From: Planctomycetota bacterium
GTDB taxonomy: Bacteria > Planctomycetota > UBA8108 > SXIK01
NCBI GenBank assembly: GCA_965223265.1
Contig: OZ244999.1
Coordinates: forward strand, 8,704,001 to 8,768,000
DNA: 64,000 nucleotides
Reading direction: 5' to 3'
The translations under genes and the position numbers were made by a program. The notes beneath the pieces were generated by a model. That model was not told where the DNA came from and searched no databases. It saw only the letters and a program-made list of their open reading frames with translations. Shown here in pieces: positions 58,558 through 64,000 of this stretch (its first letter is position 1; each line of letters opens with the position of its first letter).

Positions 58558-61500
58558 ATGCATTTTAGTTCCCTTGGGGCCCTGATTCTCTGCTCGAGTT
58601 TTCATGCGCCGGTGCTGCTTGACGACCGCTTTGATCTTCCGAGCGGCTTTCACATCTACAAAATCGCTAGCGGTGAAGTCTGTGGTGGATCCTATGACAT
58701 CACGTTCGATGGGGACGGAGAGCTTCTTGTCGGCGACTCCCAGAACGTGCGTCGCTTGAAATGGAATGACGCGGCAGGCGTCTACGATGGATACGAAGTC
58801 ATCGCCGACGGCCTGGGGCCGCGTGGGCCACAGGGGCTCCTCGTCTTTGGCGATCACCTCTACGCGGTCGGTGGTGACGGCATACAAATGTTTCGAGGCT
58901 ACGCCGCGAGTCGACTAGATCGAACAACGGAGCGGAACGCGCGTTTGGATCACGTCGGCCGCATCGGTGCTCCGTTTCGCACTGGAGGTGATCATGCCGC
59001 GCATGCGATTCTTCGCGGTCACGACGACTATCTCTACTTCATCACTGGCGACGGTGGCGGCACGAAGGACCGAGATCACATCACCGAAGTCACGTCACCT
59101 TCCCGGATAGAACGGAAGTGCTCCGTCTTTCGCATCAGTCCTGACGGCGAGAACTGGGAGTGTATCGCCACCGGTGGACGCAATGCGCCGAACCTTGGGA
59201 TCAACTACCTTGGCGAATTCTTCAGTTTGGACAGCGACATGGAGTGGCATGTCGCGCAGCCCTGGTGGCGTCCCGTGCGACTCAACCACTGGGTGACCGG
59301 AGGCGATCATGGCTGGCAGTCCGTTGGGGCCTACCCGCCGTACTACGTCGATTCACTCGCGGGAATCTATGACGTCGGCCGTGGCTCTCCTGATTGGGGA
59401 GTTTTCTATGAGCACGATCAATTGCCGGCAAAGTATCGCGACGCGTATCTGGTTTGCGACTATCGTTCGAAGTCGGCGACGACGGGTGGCTACACGACGA
59501 GCGGTAAACTGCTTGCGTTCTTTCTCCAGCCCGACGGCGCCACGTGGAGCGCGCGAATGGAGGTGTGCGTGCAGCCGAAACCTGGAGCAAAGGACGAGAG
59601 TGGAGAGCTGATCAACTTTGCGCTCGTCGACATCGATGTGGCACCGGACGGCAGTTTGTTTCTTTCTGATCGCGCTCAAGGCGTCTGGCGCGTGTACTAC
59701 GATGGCCGCGCTGAGGCGCCGCCATCTTCTGCGCCGCAGGCGCCTTCGGTGTCGCAGGCGCTCGATCGACTCGCGCGCGTCGGCAGCGACGCGACGCCCC
59801 TAGAGATTGTTGACAAGCTGTTGGAGCTGCCGCAGCGCGGCGCCGAGTGGAGTCGTGTGCAGCGCGATCGATTGCGACAGATGCTGGGTTCAGATTACCA
59901 GCCGCGTTTGATCGCGGTGGCTCAGGCGTCGGACCAGCCTGTGCGACGGCGGCTCGTCGCGATTCGGCAACTCGCCGCGGAGTTCGCGTTGCTGCCGAGC
60001 GAGTTCGTCTCTCGCTTGGTGCGTGATCGAGACGAACACGTGCGCGCGCAGGCGGCTTGGCTCTTGGGTATTCGACGCCGCGGGGGGGAAGTCGGTCTTC
60101 TTGTGGAGCTCGCGAGTGACGCCTCAGCGCTCGTGCGCCGTCGAGCGCTCGAGTCTCTCATGCGCAGTCCACCGTCGTCGCCGCAGTTGCCTCAGATCAT
60201 CAACTTGCTGGAAGATCCTAGCCGGGTCGTCGCCTACACGGCGATGATGACGCTGTCGCACCACCCTCGCTCCGACTGGTTTTCGCGCGCCGTGCGTCGC
60301 GACGGGGTGCAGACTCGTTTACGCGCTTTGATCGCGGCTGATCTTAGGGACGAGCTGAATCGTGAGGACGCTGTGCCCGTTCTTCGCGATCTTATGGGGC
60401 AGATCGGGCGACGAAGCCGGCGGCAGGACCGGCTCGACCTGCTTCGAGTGATCGGGCGCTTGCGGCAGACGTGGGTCGCCGACGACGCCTTGCGAGAGTC
60501 GATCGTGGAGAAGTTGGTGACGGAGTTTCCCGACGAGGACAGAGACATCCGCTGGGAACAGGCTCGCCTTCTTGGCGAGTATCGCGTCTCACAGGGTTTC
60601 GAGCCGCTTCTCGCCGTGCTCGAACGCGAGGAGGATCCCGTCACGCAATTCCACCTGGCGCAGGCTCTGGCCCGCATCCCCAGCGGCTGGAGCGCGGAAG
60701 CAGAGTCTCGTTCCGTCGGTTGGTTTTTGGCGCAGCAGAAGGGATGGTTTGCGGAGTTCGATGGCAAGGGTCTACAGTTCCCGCAGTTCTGGGGCACGGT
60801 CCTGTCGGACTTTGTGCGCCACCACGCAGCCGCCGTGTTGACGCGCGGCGAGGACATCGTGCTGACCAGTCAGCTCGGCCGCGAATATCTGCAATTGCTG
60901 GCGGCGAGCGACGAGGTGGCGACGCGATTTATCGAGCTCTATGCGGAACGGCGCGAGCCCCAGTATCGCCTCGAACTCATGAAGACGCTCGGGCGCGTCG
61001 ACGACGAGGAGATCGCTGACTTTCTTCGTCGTGAGTATGGCTCGGTTGGAGATCCAGACCTGCACGCCGCACTTCTCGTCAGCCTTGCTGCACAGTCCCC
61101 CCATGAGCGAAGTCGTGGTCTGCTGGAGTCAGGCGTAGAGAACGAAAACGTCGAAGTTGCGCGCACGTGTGCGTTGGCGCTGACGCGTTACCGTCCTCGT
61201 CTCGGCCAGGAGCTCGCGCAGACCTTGATCACTCGTATGCTCGAGCACCGCGCACTGGTTCGCAGTTGCGAGCGATTGTTGGTACACCTTTCGGGAAAGA
61301 AGCGCGAAGACTACACGCCGGAGGCCAATCCTCAGGACCGTGCAGAGTTTGACGAAGCGACTGCCGCCATCGACTTTTGGCGGCACTGGTTCGCCAAGGA
61401 GTTCGGAGAGGAATTCGAGCCGCTGCGCGACGATCTGATCGTCGAGAAATCGAACGCTGAGGTGCGCGCGCAGATCCTGGCGACGACAAACGGTGGTAGT

Positions 61501-63039
61501 GCTCGTCGTGGGCAGGGAATTTTCACGGCGCTCTGCGTTAAGTGTCACGGTGGGCCGAGCAAGGGAGAAAATAAGGCGGCGATTTTCGGCCCGGACTTGA
61601 CCGGAGTGACGCGACGACTGAGTCCGGAGGAGTTCGCCGATGCACTGGTCAATCCGTCGAAGGTTGTGGCGGAGCGCTACAAAGCGATGGTCGCGCAGCT
61701 AACCGACGGCCGCGTTCTCACAGGCTTCGTCACCGAGCAAAGTGAGAAGCAAGTCATCCTCGCGACTCAGGAGCGGATCGAACGCTTGGCGACCGAGCGG
61801 ATCGTACTCCTCCTGCCGCAGGACGTGTCCTTGATGCCGGAGGGGCTCCTCAATCGACTTGACGACCGAGAGCTCCGCGATCTCCTGGCATTTCTGCGGG
61901 AACTCGGAGCGACGGCACCGGTGGGAGAGGCTGCAGCAGCTGCTCGCGGGCAAACAGTGGGAGTTGCCAAGAGTGTCGTCTTTCGCAGCGGCGAGGAAGG
62001 CTACCACACGTTTCGAATTCCTGCCGCGCTGACGACGCCTGCTGGAACGCTTTTGGCGTTTTGCGAAGGGCGCAAGCGCAGCGGCTCTGACCACGGCGAC
62101 ATCGACCTGGTCATCAAGCGCAGTCGCGACGGCGGACGCACATGGGGCGAGCTCGAGATCGTTCACGAGGAGGGCGGCGACGCTACCGTGACTATCGGCA
62201 ACCCTTGTCCGGTGGTCGACCCAGACTCGCAGACGATCTGGCTTCCTTTCTGCCGTGACAACGACACTGTGTGGATCACCCACAGTCGCGACGACGGCGT
62301 CACATGGGCGTCACCACGCGAGATCACCGCGACGGTCAAGAAGCCGTCGTGGAAGTGGTACGCCACCGGCCCCGGCGTCGGCATACGCATCGGTGCCGGG
62401 CCTCACCGTGGTCGACTGGTGATACCGTGCGATCATTCCGAGGAGGTGGGCGGCAAGCGAGTCATGGTGTCGCACGTTTTCTACAGCGATGACGGCGGTA
62501 CGAGCTGGCAGCTGGGTGGCTCCGCTGATCATCACACCGATGAGTGTCAGGTGGCTGAGCTCTCCGACGGACGTCTTCTCCTCAACATGCGGAATTACTG
62601 GGGCCGCGACGGCGGACGACCGGACCGCGGACGACGACGAGCGCTGGCGTGGAGTGACGACGGCGGCGTTTCGTGGTCGCCACTTGATTTTGACGCGACG
62701 CTCGTAGAGCCTATGTGCCAAGCGAGCTTGCTGCGTTACGAAACCCAGGGGGTCGGGGTGCGCTCAGGCGAAGCCAGTCCGCCGCCGCTTCTGTTTTCGA
62801 ATCCGCCGCATCGAGATGCCCGGCGCGACATGACCGTTCGTTTGAGCGGGGACGGCGGTAAGTCCTGGCCGTTCGCCCGTCGTCTGCACGATGGTCCAAG
62901 TGCCTACTCATCGTTGACTGTCTTGCCCGACGGGACGATAGGATGCCTCTTCGAGGCTGGCGAAAAGAGCGCCTACGAAAGCATCGTTTTCGCCAGATTC
63001 ACCATCGATTGGCTGGAGTCTGGTTCAATCCGTCCATGA
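58558..63039 (+). CDS. PVC-type heme-binding protein: beta-propeller + HEAT repeats + cytochrome c, fused to C-terminal GH33-like sialidase
   Basis: LPSGF..., GRNA and GRGSP propeller; HEAT repeats; CVKCH with GPDLT and SLMPEGL; FRIP motif; Asp boxes [32 protein letters not shown] and SGDGGKSW; AYS.L. Confidence 0.88.
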   Translation: MHFSSLGALILCSSFHAPVLLDDRFDLPSGFHIYKIASGEVCGGSYDITFDGDGELLVGDSQNVRRLKWNDAAGVYDGYEVIADGLGPRGPQGLLVFGDHLYAVGGDGIQMFRGYAASRLDRTTERNARLDHVGRIGAPFRTGGDHAAHAILRGHDDYLYFITGDGGGTKDRDHITEVTSPSRIERKCSVFRISPDGENWECIATGGRNAPNLGINYLGEFFSLDSDMEWHVAQPWWRPVRLNHWVTGGDHGWQSVGAYPPYYVDSLAGIYDVGRGSPDWGVFYEHDQLPAKYRDAYLVCDYRSKSATTGGYTTSGKLLAFFLQPDGATWSARMEVCVQPKPGAKDESGELINFALVDIDVAPDGSLFLSDRAQGVWRVYYDGRAEAPPSSAPQAPSVSQALDRLARVGSDATPLEIVDKLLELPQRGAEWSRVQRDRLRQMLGSDYQPRLIAVAQASDQPVRRRLVAIRQLAAEFALLPSEFVSRLVRDRDEHVRAQAAWLLGIRRRGGEVGLLVELASDASALVRRRALESLMRSPPSSPQLPQIINLLEDPSRVVAYTAMMTLSHHPRSDWFSRAVRRDGVQTRLRALIAADLRDELNREDAVPVLRDLMGQIGRRSRRQDRLDLLRVIGRLRQTWVADDALRESIVEKLVTEFPDEDRDIRWEQARLLGEYRVSQGFEPLLAVLEREEDPVTQFHLAQALARIPSGWSAEAESRSVGWFLAQQKGWFAEFDGKGLQFPQFWGTVLSDFVRHHAAAVLTRGEDIVLTSQLGREYLQLLAASDEVATRFIELYAERREPQYRLELMKTLGRVDDEEIADFLRREYGSVGDPDLHAALLVSLAAQSPHERSRGLLESGVENENVEVARTCALALTRYRPRLGQELAQTLITRMLEHRALVRSCERLLVHLSGKKREDYTPEANPQDRAEFDEATAAIDFWRHWFAKEFGEEFEPLRDDLIVEKSNAEVRAQILATTNGGSARRGQGIFTALCVKCHGGPSKGENKAAIFGPDLTGVTRRLSPEEFADALVNPSKVVAERYKAMVAQLTDGRVLTGFVTEQSEKQVILATQERIERLATERIVLLLPQDVSLMPEGLLNRLDDRELRDLLAFLRELGATAPVGEAAAAARGQTVGVAKSVVFRSGEEGYHTFRIPAALTTPAGTLLAFCEGRKRSGSDHGDIDLVIKRSRDGGRTWGELEIVHEEGGDATVTIGNPCPVVDPDSQTIWLPFCRDNDTVWITHSRDDGVTWASPREITATVKKPSWKWYATGPGVGIRIGAGPHRGRLVIPCDHSEEVGGKRVMVSHVFYSDDGGTSWQLGGSADHHTDECQVAELSDGRLLLNMRNYWGRDGGRPDRGRRRALAWSDDGGVSWSPLDFDATLVEPMCQASLLRYETQGVGVRSGEASPPPLLFSNPPHRDARRDMTVRLSGDGGKSWPFARRLHDGPSAYSSLTVLPDGTIGCLFEAGEKSAYESIVFARFTIDWLESGSIRP

Positions 63040-63064
63040 CGCAATGTCACCTCCGTGCTGCTAG

Positions 63065-63286
63065 CCCGCATGTCTCACCAGATTCCTACTGCGGGCCGTA
63101 AGTCGCGCTTTCGTCCTCCCTCCTCGGTCGGACTCAACTACGTCAGACTTCACGACTCGATCCTCAATGTGCAGAAAGCACCTTCGCCCTCCCGCCTTGG
63201 TCGGCCTCAGCGGTCGAATCGCAAAGTCTTCCTTGCCACGACACGACTTACGGCTCCTCGCTACGGATTCTGGTGAGACATGCGGG
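63065..63286. mobile_element. MITE family B (IS1380-like ends)
   Basis: TIR CCCGCATGTCTCACCAGAWTCC (21/22) plus inner arm GCCGTAAGTCG; CTAG direct repeats at 63061-63064 and 63287-63290. Confidence 0.88.
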
Positions 63287-63290
63287 CTAG

Positions 63291-63449
63291 CAGCCCGTTG
63301 AAAAAGTCATTCGGCTGAGAAACCGGCCTCTTCACGCCCAGATCAGCCGCGGCGAGCCTCGAAAATCTCGGAGATTACCTGCGTTCGCCGCGGCTGATCT
63401 GGACGCGAAGCGACCAGTTTTCAACTCGAAGCACTTTTTCAACGGGCTG
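63291..63449. mobile_element. MITE family A, copy 3
   Basis: Perfect 17-bp TIR CAGCCCGTTGAAAAAGT; CTAG direct repeats. Confidence 0.93.
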
Positions 63450-63999
63450 CTAGAATCGATTCAGCGTAGCGTAGCTCCCCGGTGCGCCCGTCGAAGTAAC
63501 GGAAGATCACCTGCGGTCTCGGGTAGGCAACCCAGCGTTCATCGCCGAGTCGTTGTGGGTTGTTGAACGCGTTGTTGACCTGGACGACACAGTACGAAAC
63601 ATGGCGCAGCTGACTGCGTGGAATGTCGGTACGAAAGTACGTCGACCAGCGGATATCGACTTCTCGAGGGCCGTATTTGAAAGCACCGTTGGCCGGCCGA
63701 TCGCCCTCGTCGCTCGCCCAGTGGTTGTTCGAGTTGTGAGGTCCAGAGGCACATTCCCAGACGTTGTCGGTGACCTTAATCACGAAGCTGTTGTGGAGAT
63801 CGCCTGTCAGGAGCAAGACAGGCTGCGGTAGGTCGTCCCAAAAGTCGATGAGCGCCTCACGCTCGTCGAAGAAGACGGTCCAGGCGTCATCTTTGTTCTC
63901 GGCGCGAATCTTACCGCCGCCGATGTGAGGCACCATGAAGTTGACGGACGAGACGACGAAGAGGAATTCTGCCTTGCTTGCGCGCATCCCGTCGATTAG
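63439..63999 (-). CDS. 5'-truncated PhoD-like metallophosphoesterase (C-terminal part)
   Basis: Frame is open to the window end; FVVSSV..., DDAW...ERE.L and LLTGDLH motifs. Confidence 0.7.
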   Translation of the reverse strand, partial: LIDGMRASKAEFLFVVSSVNFMVPHIGGGKIRAENKDDAWTVFFDEREALIDFWDDLPQPVLLLTGDLHNSFVIKVTDNVWECASGPHNSNNHWASDEGDRPANGAFKYGPREVDIRWSTYFRTDIPRSQLRHVSYCVVQVNNAFNNPQRLGDERWVAYPRPQVIFRYFDGRTGELRYAESILAAR

Positions 64000-64000
64000 C

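Overview
GC-rich bacterial DNA with about 47 plausible CDSs, two of them truncated by the window edges. It is most likely Planctomycetota, inferred from the PVC-type heme/HEAT protein, planctomycete-type dockerins and several Tat-signal Gfo/Idh/MocA oxidoreductases. Housekeeping and metabolic content includes ttcA, a bioBFDA operon, tyrA, a PduO-type adenosyltransferase, a PHP histidinol-phosphatase, an M3 peptidase, glycosyltransferases, an MsbA-like exporter and sugar/acid catabolic enzymes. I saw no rRNA, tRNA, CRISPR-cas or intact transposase. Five features stand out. (1) A divergent MamK-like actin sits behind a candidate sigma54 promoter and enhancer, with a small partner gene and no magnetosome genes nearby. 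(2) A secreted protein alternates dockerin and cohesin modules. (3) At least five families of small non-autonomous elements are present, including different MITEs stacked on shared YTAG targets and an element carrying GTAG-type REP palindromes as internal cargo. (4) An lva-like (APH kinase/ACAD/SDR/DUF6285) cluster is split by about 5 kb. (5) An orphan adenine methyltransferase lacks a partner nuclease. All family calls come from motifs recognised by eye; no database searches were run.
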